NCBI GenBank assembly: GCA_902526045.1
Contig: CABZJI010000001.1
Coordinates: forward strand, 529,416-593,415
Direction of reading: 5' to 3'
Length of the DNA stretch: 64,000 bases
DNA from: an uncultured SAR86 cluster bacterium
Lineage (GTDB): Bacteria > Pseudomonadota > Gammaproteobacteria > Magnimaribacterales > AG-339-G14
The notes beneath the pieces are model-generated. The model was given only the letters and a program-made list of their open reading frames with translations. It had not been told where the DNA came from and made no database searches. Below are positions 1-9,770 of this stretch, piece by piece (positions within the stretch are counted from its first letter, which is position 1; each line of letters starts with the position of its first letter). The position numbers and the translations under genes are program-made.

Positions 1-1
1 T

Positions 2-1216
2 ATTGAAGATGTTGTGAGAGAAATAATTTCCGCAGTTAAAGAATCTGGAGATCATTCATTACTTTCATGCATAAATAGATATGAAAAAAAAGACCTTAAA
101 TCTGTAGATGAAATTTTATTTGATCAAAATTTCTTGGAGGATAAGTTTAATTCTCTTAATAAGAAAAACAAGGAAATGTTAATTTATATGGCTAACAGAA
201 TAGAGAAATTTCATAAAAAAGACATTGAATTATTCAGAGAGTTTGAAGATGACTCGGTAGAAAAATATGGTTATTTTAAGAGGCCTATAGAGAAAGTAGG
301 TCTCTATGCTCCAGGGGGAAAAGCGCAGTACCCATCTTCCGTTCTTATGACTGGGGTCTTAGCTAAATTAGCAAAAGTTAAAGATATAACGGTTATGTTT
401 CCAGGAAAGATAGATGACTTAGATCTTATGTTTGCTTCATCTCATTTAATTGGAGCAAAAAGAGTCATAAATTCTGGAGGAGCACATACATTAGCGGCTA
501 TTGCATTTGGGACTGAAAATATCGAAAGTGTTGATAAAATATTTGGGCCAGGAAATAGCTATGTTTCTGAGGCAAAAAGACAACTTTATGGGGAGGTAGG
601 AATTGATTCTCTAAATGGACCGTCAGAAGTTGCAATTATTGTTGACAAAAATTCATCAATTGAATATGCGGTTAAGGATTTTTTAGCTCAAGCGGAACAT
701 GGCGAGGACTCAAGGTGCTTTTTAATCCATTTGCCAGGATTTGATTTGAACCAATTTAAAAAATCATTGGAAAAGAATTTATCTATATCAAAAAGAAAAA
801 GTATTATAGAAAATGCTTTAATAAATTGCTGCTCAATTGATGCTAATTCATTGAATCATGCTATTTCGCTATCAAATTTAATAATCCCCGAACATTTAGA
901 AATTCTCATTGATAATATTGATTTAGATAAGATGCCAGAAATTCGAGCAGGTGCTGTTTTTATTGGAACTGAGTCATCTGCTGTAATGGGGGATTATTGT
1001 GCAGGACCATCACATGTTATTCCTACTGGGGGTCAAGGACGATTTAGTTCACAAGTTTCGTTGAATGACTTTTACATAAAAACTTCTTTCATGGTTGCCA
1101 CTAAAAACTCATACAAGAAAAATGGATTCAAAGCACTCCTTGATAATTCTATCAGCATTGCCGAGAGTGAAGGTTTATTGGAGCATGCAAATGCTTTAAA
1201 AGAGAGAGATAGTTAG
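2..1216 (+). CDS. hisD: histidinol dehydrogenase, 5' end cut by window edge
   Basis: Frame is open from position 2 with no stop before the GTG at 14, so the gene begins left of the window. HisD-type motifs IFGPGNSYVSEAKRQ and AQAEHGEDS. TAG stop at 1214-1216. Confidence 0.9.
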   Translation: MEDVVREIISAVKESGDHSLLSCINRYEKKDLKSVDEILFDQNFLEDKFNSLNKKNKEMLIYMANRIEKFHKKDIELFREFEDDSVEKYGYFKRPIEKVGLYAPGGKAQYPSSVLMTGVLAKLAKVKDITVMFPGKIDDLDLMFASSHLIGAKRVINSGGAHTLAAIAFGTENIESVDKIFGPGNSYVSEAKRQLYGEVGIDSLNGPSEVAIIVDKNSSIEYAVKDFLAQAEHGEDSRCFLIHLPGFDLNQFKKSLEKNLSISKRKSIIENALINCCSIDANSLNHAISLSNLIIPEHLEILIDNIDLDKMPEIRAGAVFIGTESSAVMGDYCAGPSHVIPTGGQGRFSSQVSLNDFYIKTSFMVATKNSYKKNGFKALLDNSISIAESEGLLEHANALKERDS

Positions 1217-1992
1217 TTATCTTTTCTATCTCTGACGATTTCAGAATAACTCTCTGACACAACATCAATTGGAATTGCAAAATTCAAGCCTTGATTTCCA
1301 CCAGTTGTAGATTCTATAAAATTAATAATTCCTAACAAATTTCCCTTGGAATCAACTAGCGCACCGCCTGAATTACCAGGATTTATAGAGGCATCAGTCT
1401 GTATGAAAGAACCTTCTTTATTTATGAACTTCCTCCCAATTGCTGAAATTATTCCCATGCTAACTGATTGACCAAGTCCTTGAGGATTACCAATCGCAAA
1501 AACGGTTTCACCAATTTTTATATCTTCTATTCTTCTTTTTCTTTGTATAGGCAAGATCTCTACATTTTTCTCAACTAATTTTAGAACTGCCAAATCATTG
1601 TCTCTGTCTATACCTATAATCTCTACTTCGTGATTTGAACCATTAAAGAGCTCAATAAGAAGTTTTTGTTTTAATTGAATCGAATTATTTAAAACGTGCA
1701 GATTAGTTATAATATGACCGTCTTCATCAAAGATCACCCCAGATCCATCTGGAAAAAACCCTGTTTTAATGACTTGTTTCCATCTTCTTAGTCCCAATGA
1801 AGGAGTTTTTTCTTGCCACTCTCTCCAACGACGAAGGCTCCAAATATTTACAACAGATGATGCAGATTTCTCGAAGTTAAGGATTCTTGAAGGATAATCA
1901 CTTTTGCCGTTAAGTCCTATGAAAGTTAAAAAACCATACCCTGCTAAAGTACCTAATAATATCCATACTGATAAAGTATAAAAAGAACGCAT
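1213..1992 (-). CDS. membrane-anchored HtrA/DegS-like S1C serine protease, protease domain only (no PDZ)
   Basis: N-terminal TM helix FYTLSVWILLGTLAGYGFLTFIGL. Catalytic triad contexts TNLHVL, DNDLAVLKL, GNSGGALVD. 259 aa, ending about 45 aa after the catalytic Ser. Lies beside rplM-rpsI as degS does in E. coli. Confidence 0.85.
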   Translation of the reverse strand: MRSFYTLSVWILLGTLAGYGFLTFIGLNGKSDYPSRILNFEKSASSVVNIWSLRRWREWQEKTPSLGLRRWKQVIKTGFFPDGSGVIFDEDGHIITNLHVLNNSIQLKQKLLIELFNGSNHEVEIIGIDRDNDLAVLKLVEKNVEILPIQRKRRIEDIKIGETVFAIGNPQGLGQSVSMGIISAIGRKFINKEGSFIQTDASINPGNSGGALVDSKGNLLGIINFIESTTGGNQGLNFAIPIDVVSESYSEIVRDRKDN

Positions 1993-2060
1993 TTTTTATT
2001 ATTCAGAGTTGTAAATTATAACCTCTCTAATGTATCATTCACGCGCTTTGAGCGTTAATT

Positions 2061-2489
2061 ATGGATACAAAATCTTACAAACTAGATCCCTTAGATAAAA
2101 GCTGGTTGTTGGTAGACGCTTCAGATAAAACATTAGGCCGTTTAAGTACTTACATCGCTAAAATTTTAATGGGAAAAAATAAACCTGAGTATACTCCCCA
2201 TAATGATGTCGGTGACTATGTTGTTGTTATAAATGCTGAAAAAATAAAAATTACAGGTAATAAAAACGAACAAAAGATGTATTACAGACACACAGGCTAT
2301 CCTGGTGGAATTAAGTCCCAAAGCTTTAATGATTTAGTTTCTACTTATCCAGATAGAATAATTACTTCTGCAGTTAAAGGTATGTTGCCAAAAAATAAAC
2401 TCTCAAACTCTGTGATAAAGAAACTAAAAGTTTACAAAGGCGAGACTCATCCTCACAGTGCTCAAAATCCAGTTAAAAAGGAATTTTAG
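2061..2489 (+). CDS. rplM: 50S ribosomal protein L13
   Basis: 142 aa. Typical L13 N-terminus (W.LVDA..K.LGRL...IA..L.GK.KP.YTPH) and rplM-rpsI pairing. Confidence 0.97.
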   Translation: MDTKSYKLDPLDKSWLLVDASDKTLGRLSTYIAKILMGKNKPEYTPHNDVGDYVVVINAEKIKITGNKNEQKMYYRHTGYPGGIKSQSFNDLVSTYPDRIITSAVKGMLPKNKLSNSVIKKLKVYKGETHPHSAQNPVKKEF

Positions 2490-2492
2490 AAA

Positions 2493-2885
2493 ATGAGCGA
2501 TAATATGTTTTACTCTACCGGTAGAAGGAAAACCTCTACAGCCAGGGTTTATCTTAGTTTGGGGGAAGGCTCCATATTAGTTAACGATATACCATTAGAA
2601 GAATATTTTGGCCGAGAAGTAGCTAGAATATTAGTTAAACAACCAATAAAACTTGTTGATATGGAAGGAAAATTAGATTTAAAAATTTACGTTTCTGGTG
2701 GTGGATATTTTGGTCAGGCAGGGGCAATTAGACATGGTCTTTCAAGGGCTCTTGTAAGGTATGATGAATCTTTAAAGTCAATTCTCAAAGAAGCGGGTTT
2801 TCTTACTAGAGACTCAAGGAAAGTTGAGAGGAAAAAGGTCGGTTTAAGAAAAGCTCGAAAAGCACCTCAGTTCAGCAAAAGATAG
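2493..2885 (+). CDS. rpsI: 30S ribosomal protein S9
   Basis: 130 aa. GTGRRK-like start ([12 protein letters not shown]), [15 protein letters not shown]-terminal [18 protein letters not shown]. Confidence 0.97.
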   Translation: MSDNMFYSTGRRKTSTARVYLSLGEGSILVNDIPLEEYFGREVARILVKQPIKLVDMEGKLDLKIYVSGGGYFGQAGAIRHGLSRALVRYDESLKSILKEAGFLTRDSRKVERKKVGLRKARKAPQFSKR

Positions 2886-2890
2886 ACTTT

Positions 2891-3484
2891 ATGCAACCGA
2901 ATTCTCCTCCGAACCCAATAAGGCGACAATTACTTACATCAGTCACATCCTTGCTAGGATTTGTTGGAGTGATTTTTGCAGCTATCCCTTTTCTAAGTGC
3001 TTTTAAGCCCAGCGCTCGAGCTGAGGCTGCAGGAGCACCAATAAAAGTTAACATAGGCAAGCTATCTCAAGGTGAATTGATGACTGTGGAATGGAGAGGA
3101 ATGCCTGTATTTGTTTACAAGGTTTCAAACGAAGCACAAAACGTATTATCATTAGATAAAACCAAGCTTGCTGACCCAAATTCTGCACAAGAGCAACAAC
3201 CTCAATATGCGAAAAACGATACTAGATCTAGAAAAGAAGGTATAGCTGTCTTAAAAGGAGTTTGTACCCATTTAGGTTGTGCTCCAAAGTTTTATCCAGA
3301 AGCTACTTCCCAGGATTTTGATCCTAATTGGCAGGGGGGTTTTTTCTGTCCATGTCATGGATCAAAGTTTGATCTCGCTGGAAGAGTTTATGCCAATGTT
3401 CCTGCCCCAACCAATCTTGAAGTCCCACCTCATTATTTTGAATCCGATTCCATGTTAGTAATTGGATCTGATGGAGCGAGTTAA
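2891..3484 (+). CDS. petA: ubiquinol-cytochrome c reductase Rieske iron-sulfur subunit
   Basis: N-terminal TM/Tat-like segment. Rieske boxes CTHLGC and CPCHGS. First gene of a petABC triplet. Confidence 0.95.
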   Translation: MQPNSPPNPIRRQLLTSVTSLLGFVGVIFAAIPFLSAFKPSARAEAAGAPIKVNIGKLSQGELMTVEWRGMPVFVYKVSNEAQNVLSLDKTKLADPNSAQEQQPQYAKNDTRSRKEGIAVLKGVCTHLGCAPKFYPEATSQDFDPNWQGGFFCPCHGSKFDLAGRVYANVPAPTNLEVPPHYFESDSMLVIGSDGAS

Positions 3485-4737
3485 TGGCAACTGATACTAG
3501 AACGAAACGACTTCTCAATTGGGTAGATTTTAGATTCCCTTTGACTGAAGTTTTTGAAAGGCATTTATCTAAATACCCTGCACCCACTAACCTCAATATT
3601 TGGTATCTCTTTGGATTTCTTCTTATTGTTGTTTTAGCAATGCAAATTGTCACGGGTTTGTGGCTTATGATGAATTACACAAACTCAGCTGAAGAGGCTT
3701 TTTCTTCCGTGGAATATATCATGAGAGATGTGGAGTATGGCTGGCTTATCCGATACATGCATGCTGCAGGTGCTTCAGCATTCTTTGCACTGATTTATTT
3801 ACATATGTTTAGAGGGATGATGTATGGCTCTTATCAAAAACCGAGAGAGCTAATATGGCTTGGGGGGTGGTTTACTTACCTTATTCTCATGGCAGAGGGC
3901 TTTACAGGATATGTTCTTCCTTGGGGTCAAATGTCTTTTTGGGCGGCCCAAGTGATCATTTCTCTGTTCAGTTCAATTCCTGTTGTAGGTGAAGATTTAG
4001 CCACATGGATAAGAGGCGATTACTTAGTTTCTGGGATAACTCTCTCAAGACTTTTCGCTTTTCACGTTGTACTTCTTCCAATATTACTCATCGCAATTGT
4101 ATTCTTTCATATTCTTGCTCTTCATGAGATTGGTTCAAATAATCCTGATGGAATAGATGTCAAAAAACACCTAGATGAAGATGGTGTTCCTTTAGATACG
4201 AAACCATTTTTTCCTTACGATATCAGCCACGACATATTTGCGCTTGGAGTATTTCTTATCATCTTCTGTTCTGTTGTCTTCTTCTTTCCAACAGGAGGTG
4301 GATACATTATTGAATATGTAAACTATGAGCCTGCGAATCCTTTGTCTACACCTGCCCACATTGTTCCATCTTGGTATTACACACCTTTTTATGCCATGTT
4401 GAGAGCTGTAGATTTTCCTCTATTTGGACTAACTGCCAAATTTCTCGGATTTGCAACTATGATGGCGGCAGTCGCTATCTTTGCTGTTCTTCCTTGGCTT
4501 GATAGAAGTCCAGTAAAATCAATCAAATATAAAGGAATTTTGAGTAAGACCTTCCTCGGAATTTTCGTTGTAAGTTTTTTTGCTCTTTGCTATCTGGGCA
4601 TGGTTCCTCCAACAGAAACAAAAGCGCTTTTATCTAAAATTTTTACCATAGGTTATTTCTCTTACTTTCTACTTATGCCTATTTATACAAGAATAGAGAA
4701 ATGTAAGCCGGTTCCGGAGAGAGTAGCCCAGGTATGA
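3484..4737 (+). CDS. petB: cytochrome b of the bc1 complex
   Basis: 417 aa polytopic protein. Cytochrome b signatures ([36 protein letters not shown]). ATG overlaps the petA stop. Confidence 0.95.
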   Translation: MATDTRTKRLLNWVDFRFPLTEVFERHLSKYPAPTNLNIWYLFGFLLIVVLAMQIVTGLWLMMNYTNSAEEAFSSVEYIMRDVEYGWLIRYMHAAGASAFFALIYLHMFRGMMYGSYQKPRELIWLGGWFTYLILMAEGFTGYVLPWGQMSFWAAQVIISLFSSIPVVGEDLATWIRGDYLVSGITLSRLFAFHVVLLPILLIAIVFFHILALHEIGSNNPDGIDVKKHLDEDGVPLDTKPFFPYDISHDIFALGVFLIIFCSVVFFFPTGGGYIIEYVNYEPANPLSTPAHIVPSWYYTPFYAMLRAVDFPLFGLTAKFLGFATMMAAVAIFAVLPWLDRSPVKSIKYKGILSKTFLGIFVVSFFALCYLGMVPPTETKALLSKIFTIGYFSYFLLMPIYTRIEKCKPVPERVAQV

Positions 4738-5396
4738 GGCTTTTAGCGCTTCTAGCTATTTCATTTTTCTCGGGGCTTTCTTTTACAGCTAGTGAGTATA
4801 AATGCGGCTCAATTGAGTGCTATGAATTCAGAGCTGATATAAGAGATAAAGAGTCTCTTCAAAGAGGTCTAGCAGCTTACATGAACTATTGTTATGGATG
4901 TCACTCTCTTAAGTATTCACGCTATAAAAGAGTTGCTGAAGATCTTGCAATCCCTCTGGATATTTATGAGCAAAACTTGATATTTGACGATTCTAAGATA
5001 GGAGATCTGATGCATATAAGTCTCAAGGAATCAAAAGCCATAGAACTACTTGGTGCTAAGCCTCCTGATCTAACCCTAGAAGCTAGATTAAGATCGCCAG
5101 AGTGGATATATACTTATCTTGACACTTTTTATGAAGATTCCTCTAGACCATATGGAGTCAATAATAAAGTTTACGTTAATGTTTCCATGCCTCATGTACT
5201 CGAAGATATTCAGTCAGAACTAACAGAAGAGGAATATGATAGATATATTGCGGACATAACAAACTTTCTCACTTATGTATCTGATCCATCAGCTGAAACG
5301 AGAAAACAACTTGGTATATATGTTATTCTTTTCCTATTAATTTTTACTGCTTTTGCTTATCTCGTTTATAGAGAATTTAAAAAAGACTTAAAATAG
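4734..5396 (+). CDS. petC: cytochrome c1
   Basis: Signal peptide, single heme motif CYGCHS, PPDLT motif, C-terminal TM anchor. Overlaps the petB stop (ATGA). Confidence 0.9.
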   Translation: MRLLALLAISFFSGLSFTASEYKCGSIECYEFRADIRDKESLQRGLAAYMNYCYGCHSLKYSRYKRVAEDLAIPLDIYEQNLIFDDSKIGDLMHISLKESKAIELLGAKPPDLTLEARLRSPEWIYTYLDTFYEDSSRPYGVNNKVYVNVSMPHVLEDIQSELTEEEYDRYIADITNFLTYVSDPSAETRKQLGIYVILFLLIFTAFAYLVYREFKKDLK

Positions 5397-5409
5397 ATTT
5401 ATAAATTAA

Positions 5410-6054
5410 ATGACAAGTTTATTAGGCAAAAGATCATCTATGGTCTTATTTCATAATGAAATTGGACATCAAAGTCACAAAGTAAGGATAGTATTATCAG
5501 AGAAGGGCATTACCGCCGATCTTGAAGCACTTGATCCTGAAAACCTGCCAAAAGAAATTCTTGAAGTTAATCCTAAAGGGTTCCTGCCTTTACTAATAGA
5601 CAGAGAGCTAGCTTTGTATAAATCCCAATTAATCGTCGAGTACCTGGATGAGAGATTTCCTCATCCTCCTTTGCTGCCTGTTTATCCTGTGGAAAGAGCT
5701 CAAACAAGATTAATTCTTCATAGAATAGAGGAAGAATGGACTCACCATTTAGATATTCTGGAACATACATCCTCTACAACTGCAAAAAAGAATTCTTCAA
5801 GAAAGGAGCTCAAAAAGAATATTACTAATTCGATGATGCTCTTTGATGGATCTGAATATTTTCGAAGCGATGAATTCTCTGTCTTAGATGCAACAATTAT
5901 TCCTATTTTGATTAGATTGAAATTTCTAGGAGTTGATATTCCTAATAATAAATCGACTAAGAAAATGCATGAATACATAGAAAGAATGATTGAAAGTGAA
6001 CTTGTGCAAGAAAGTTTGACGCTTCGTGAAAAAGAATCTTTTTTTACTGATTAA
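5410..6054 (+). CDS. sspA: stringent starvation protein A (GST-fold RNAP-associated protein)
   Basis: 214 aa GST-like fold. Position after rplM-rpsI(-pet) is typical of gammaproteobacteria. No sspB follows. Confidence 0.85.
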   Translation: MTSLLGKRSSMVLFHNEIGHQSHKVRIVLSEKGITADLEALDPENLPKEILEVNPKGFLPLLIDRELALYKSQLIVEYLDERFPHPPLLPVYPVERAQTRLILHRIEEEWTHHLDILEHTSSTTAKKNSSRKELKKNITNSMMLFDGSEYFRSDEFSVLDATIIPILIRLKFLGVDIPNNKSTKKMHEYIERMIESELVQESLTLREKESFFTD

Positions 6055-6055
6055 G

Positions 6056-7111
6056 TTAACCTTGTTTTACTCCATTAGAATCTATTGAAAATTTTAAAGG
6101 CTTAAAATAAATAAAACTTTCTTTAATTTCATACTTGCCAAGTAATCCAGGAAAATTAGAAGATCTATTTCTAATTTTTGTTCCAAAAAAGAAAATGTCA
6201 AAACCTGCAGAAAAAGCAATTTTTTCTTGCAGATCTAAACCAAGAATAATTTTTTCAAAGATATTCAATCTGTTCAATAAAATCGGATATTCAAATCCTT
6301 CAATTTTATTCAGCTCACTAAGACTCAATTCTGAGTTCCAAACATCTATTGATTTAGGATAAGTTAAAATATCTGCATCAAAAATCAGATTGTAGCGAAT
6401 AGCTGGAATAATTCTTTTCGTCTCATCCGGTGAGGCATCAATAAATATTTTATCAATATCTTTTCTTTTACGAGGGGTGAAGCTTATTTTTTCTTTTAAG
6501 ACATTTCTCAAAGATCTTACTCTTTCGCTACTTAAGTTGATTTCAAAGTAATCAGCAATTTTATTTTCATAATCTGAATCATTTTTCAAAGTCAAAATAC
6601 TTTTATTATTTTTTGTATTACGATTTTTTCCAGAAATTAGAAGAGATTTTTCATTGATCTGGCTAAATTCAATTTCACTATCTACATTTATCGATGTAAA
6701 AAGAGAATTTCTTGATAACCTTCTTTTACATTTTTTATAGAATTTTGAATTAAGATCATTTACTAGAATTAAACTAAACCCTTTTGCCTTAACTGTGCTG
6801 CAATCACTTTTTTCATCAAAAGAAATGAATGACAGTTTTGACTCAGTAGATACTTGATTAGAAAAAAACCCAAATTCCATACCTTTCATAAAAGAAGAAA
6901 TAATTTTTTTATCTACCTCTTCTGAAAAAAAAATACTATATGAAGAAGAGAAGTTTTTATTTTTATTAAAATTTTCAATGAAAGACTGAGAAAAATTACT
7001 ATCAATGATTTGCTCTTTATCTAATAAAACTTTATCTTCCATGTTCATAGAACAATGAAATAGGAATAAACTGATAGTTAAAAAATAAACTATTATCAAA
7101 AAAGCTCTCAT
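6056..7111 (-). CDS. exported hypothetical protein, possibly LpoA-like PBP activator (assigned by synteny only)
   Basis: 351 aa with a hydrophobic N-terminus ending in ...LFHCS. Divergent from rsmI exactly as lpoA (yraM) is from rsmI (yraL) in E. coli. No motif I can verify by eye. Confidence 0.5.
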   Translation of the reverse strand: MRAFLIIVYFLTISLFLFHCSMNMEDKVLLDKEQIIDSNFSQSFIENFNKNKNFSSSYSIFFSEEVDKKIISSFMKGMEFGFFSNQVSTESKLSFISFDEKSDCSTVKAKGFSLILVNDLNSKFYKKCKRRLSRNSLFTSINVDSEIEFSQINEKSLLISGKNRNTKNNKSILTLKNDSDYENKIADYFEINLSSERVRSLRNVLKEKISFTPRKRKDIDKIFIDASPDETKRIIPAIRYNLIFDADILTYPKSIDVWNSELSLSELNKIEGFEYPILLNRLNIFEKIILGLDLQEKIAFSAGFDIFFFGTKIRNRSSNFPGLLGKYEIKESFIYFKPLKFSIDSNGVKQG

Positions 7112-7114
7112 AAG

Positions 7115-7951
7115 TTGTCTACATTATATTTAGTCAGTACACCTATAGGAAATAAATTAGATATTTCTTTAAGAGCACAGAATGTGCTTTCCTCAGTTGA
7201 TTTCATTCTATGTGAGGATACAAAGAAATCGGGTATCTTGTTAAAAGATATTGGCGTAAAAAATAAATTAATTTCATATCACGACCATACAAATGTTTCG
7301 AAAGTTAATCACTTCCTTAAATTACTAAAGGAAGGTGCTTCTCTAGCCATAATCTCAGATGCAGGAACACCTTTAATATCTGATCCTGGATATGAATTAG
7401 TTGCTAAAGCCATTGATGAACAAATCAAAGTTACTTCTATACCAGGCCCCTCTGCTGTAATTTCCGGCTTAATATCGTCAGGGCTATCAACAAACTCTTT
7501 TGTATTTGAAGGCTATGTTCCAAAAAAGATGGGTCAGCTGGAAGAATTCTTAAAAAATCTAAAATATGAGATGAAAACTATCGTTCTTTTTGAATCTCCA
7601 AAAAGGATAGAAAGATTATTGCAAATGATCGTAAAAATTTTAGGCCCTAAAAGGAAAGTATCCTTAGCAAAAGAGCTCACAAAGAAATTTGAGAGGGTAA
7701 TAACAGATGAAGCTAAAGAAATTCATGAATTAATAAAAATAGATGAAACCTTAAAAAAAGGCGAGATAGTTATTGTCATTGAAGGCTCTAAAGAGAAACA
7801 ACATTTTTCAGTCGAACATCAGAAAGTTCTGTTTGAAGAGATTCAAAAACTAAATGGAACCAAGGCAGCATCCAAAATTGTGTCAAAGATTTCTTCAAAA
7901 ACTTCAAAAGAGATTTACTCAATTTTTGCAGAATCAAAGAATGACAAATAA
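7115..7951 (+). CDS. rsmI: 16S rRNA (cytidine1402-2'-O)-methyltransferase
   Basis: TTG start. N-terminal LYLVSTPIGN..DIS and SDAGTPLISDPGYELV motifs of the RsmI/tetrapyrrole-methylase family. Confidence 0.93.
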   Translation: MSTLYLVSTPIGNKLDISLRAQNVLSSVDFILCEDTKKSGILLKDIGVKNKLISYHDHTNVSKVNHFLKLLKEGASLAIISDAGTPLISDPGYELVAKAIDEQIKVTSIPGPSAVISGLISSGLSTNSFVFEGYVPKKMGQLEEFLKNLKYEMKTIVLFESPKRIERLLQMIVKILGPKRKVSLAKELTKKFERVITDEAKEIHELIKIDETLKKGEIVIVIEGSKEKQHFSVEHQKVLFEEIQKLNGTKAASKIVSKISSKTSKEIYSIFAESKNDK

Positions 7952-7973
7952 GTTCAAATACTTATAATGATCA

Positions 7974-8309
7974 CCGAGCTGACCGGGTAATCGCTGTCAA
8001 GTTGATAGAGGAAAGTCCGGGCTCCACAGAGAATGATGCCAGATAACGTCTGGGTGCTGTTAAGTAACGGATAGTGCAACAGAAAATAAACCGCCTTGTG
8101 TTAAAAGGTAAGGGTGAAAAGGTGCGGTAAGAGCGCACCAGACTTTTGGTAACAAAAGTTGTTGGCAAACCCCATCAGGAGCAAGACCAAATAGAGACCT
8201 GTTAATGTTTCTCGCATTAGGTCAGGGTAGGTTGCTAGAGGTTTATGGCAACATAAATCCCAGATGAATGATTACCAATTACAGAACCCGGCTTATAGGT
8301 CAGCTCACA
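7974..8309 (+). ncRNA. rnpB: RNase P RNA, bacterial type A (M1 RNA)
   Basis: P1 pairing GAGCTGACC (7976-7984) with GGTCAGCTC (8298-8306). Universally conserved P4 strands GAGGAAAGTCCGGGCTCC and ACAGAACCCGGCTTAT. Internal blocks GTGCAACAGAAA, GGTAAGGGTGAAA.GGTGCGGTAAGAGCGCACC and AGATGAATGA align with E. coli M1 RNA. Sits between rsmI and mraZ as in Pseudomonas. Confidence 0.95.
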
Positions 8310-8351
8310 TAATAAAATCCCTAAAACCCTTGTATTTTGGGACTAAACCCC

Positions 8352-8380
8352 TTGACAGTGATTATACAAGTAGCTAAAGT
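8352..8380 (+). promoter_or_regulatory. sigma70-type promoter of the dcw cluster (Pmra-like)
   Basis: TTGACA (8352-8357), 17-nt spacer, TAAAGT (8375-8380), about 50 nt upstream of mraZ. Confidence 0.55.
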
Positions 8381-8416
8381 GTGTTGAAGTGCACATTTGT
8401 GTATCTATGTGTGTAA
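8377..8416 (+). promoter_or_regulatory. putative MraZ operator: four 10-bp phased GTG-type direct repeats
   Basis: AAGTGTGTTG / AAGTGCACAT / TTGTGTATCT / ATGTGTGTAA. GTG starts at 8379, 8389, 8399 and 8409 (exact 10-bp phasing), immediately downstream of the -10. This resembles the known MraZ repeat operators. Confidence 0.5.
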
Positions 8417-8431
8417 AAGGGGTCTTGTTTG

Positions 8432-8911
8432 ATGGCTATAGGACTTTATGGATACAGTAGTTTGGCATTGGATTCTAAAGGACGAATTGCAATGCCAGCA
8501 AAGTATAAAGAAGCTTTAAAAGAAGTTTCAGAAGGTTCTTTGGTTATCACAAGGGACCCACAATATCCTTCCTTAAGAATTTATCCAGGCAGCTTATGGA
8601 AAACTATATCGAAAGCCTTTGAGAATCTATCAGGCCTAGACTCAAAAATTAGATCTATTCAGTGGAACTTCCTTGGATATGCAAATTTAATTGATTTTGA
8701 AGTCAACGATCGCATGCAAATACTTATTCCTCAAAGCTTAAGAGAATACGCACAATTAAAAGTCAAAGAAAAAGTATCTTTGATTGGTATGGGTCAGAAA
8801 TTTGAAGTATGGAACGAAAAAAATTGGCTTGCAAAAGAAAAAGGCCAGCAAATTCAAGGTGAAAAATTAGATATCGACTTACCTTCTAACGTCCAAGAAA
8901 TCCCTTTTTAG
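8432..8911 (+). CDS. mraZ: transcriptional regulator MraZ
   Basis: Two SpoVT/AbrB-like halves (LDSKGRIAMPAKY; RMQILIPQSLREY). First gene of the dcw cluster. ATG 8432 preferred over the TTG at 8429. Confidence 0.93.
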   Translation: MAIGLYGYSSLALDSKGRIAMPAKYKEALKEVSEGSLVITRDPQYPSLRIYPGSLWKTISKAFENLSGLDSKIRSIQWNFLGYANLIDFEVNDRMQILIPQSLREYAQLKVKEKVSLIGMGQKFEVWNEKNWLAKEKGQQIQGEKLDIDLPSNVQEIPF

Positions 8912-8915
8912 CATC

Positions 8916-9770
8916 ATGTTCACTCATCAGCCAGTAATGATCAACGAAACTATTAAAAATTTAATTCATGATCCTGCCGGCACTTATCTAGATTGTACTT
9001 TTGGTTTAGGAGGACATTCAAAAGAGATTTTAAAAAACCTTAACGACGATGGCCTATTAATCGCATTAGATAGAGATAAAGAAACTGTACCGTATTCACA
9101 AAAAATAAAAGACAAAAGATTTCATTACAAAAACTTAAATTTTTCAGAAATTGAAAGTTTAGAGACAAGACTAGACGGTATTTTTTTCGATCTAGGGAAC
9201 TCTTCTATGCAACTTGATGATCCAGATAGAGGATTTAGCTTTCAAAAGGATGGCCCCCTTGATATGAGAATGAATAAAGAAGAGGAAATGACAGCGGAAC
9301 AATGGATAAATACTGCAACAGAGAAAGAAATAAGTGATGTCTTATTTCATTTAGGTGAAGAGCGAAAATCAAGGCTTTATGCCAGGAAAATTGTTGAATC
9401 GAGAAAAAAAAATAAATTTAAAAGCACAGCACAGCTTTCTTTATTTATTGAGAAATATAGCAGCTCACAAAAGCGTCATCCAGCAACTAATGTATTTAGA
9501 GCAATAAGAATGCATATAAACAATGAAATTGAAGAGATGATCAATGGATTTATATCAGCAGGTTGCATGCTAAAGCAGAATGGAAAATTAATCATCATAA
9601 GCTTTCATTCAATAGAGGACAGAATAGCTAAAAACTTTCTTAGATCAGAAGAAGCAAAAAATCTTAATATAAAAAAGCAAGGAAAGCCCATAAAGCCAAC
9701 AATAAACGAAATTAAGTCTAATCCGAGATCGAGGAGCGCAATAATGAGAATTGCGATAAAAAATGTTTAA
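8916..9770 (+). CDS. rsmH: 16S rRNA (cytosine1402-N4)-methyltransferase
   Basis: HQPVM, DCTFGLGGHS, DLGNSSMQLD, ISFHSIEDR motifs. Confidence 0.95.
   Translation: MFTHQPVMINETIKNLIHDPAGTYLDCTFGLGGHSKEILKNLNDDGLLIALDRDKETVPYSQKIKDKRFHYKNLNFSEIESLETRLDGIFFDLGNSSMQLDDPDRGFSFQKDGPLDMRMNKEEEMTAEQWINTATEKEISDVLFHLGEERKSRLYARKIVESRKKNKFKSTAQLSLFIEKYSSSQKRHPATNVFRAIRMHINNEIEEMINGFISAGCMLKQNGKLIIISFHSIEDRIAKNFLRSEEAKNLNIKKQGKPIKPTINEIKSNPRSRSAIMRIAIKNV

Noticed and set aside
5410-6054. sspA without a following sspB
   Set aside because: The absence of sspB at this locus is noted. sspB could be encoded elsewhere, and this is not informative from a single window.
7971-8168. 65-aa minus-strand ORF from the ORF track
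   Set aside because: It lies entirely inside the RNase P RNA gene, on the opposite strand. It is an artefact of the relatively GC-rich structured RNA.
8318-8342. Imperfect hairpin TCCCtAAAA...TTTTGGGA just downstream of rnpB as a possible terminator
   Set aside because: The stem is short, AT-rich and bulged, with no following T-tract. It could be a processing site or nothing; support is too weak.
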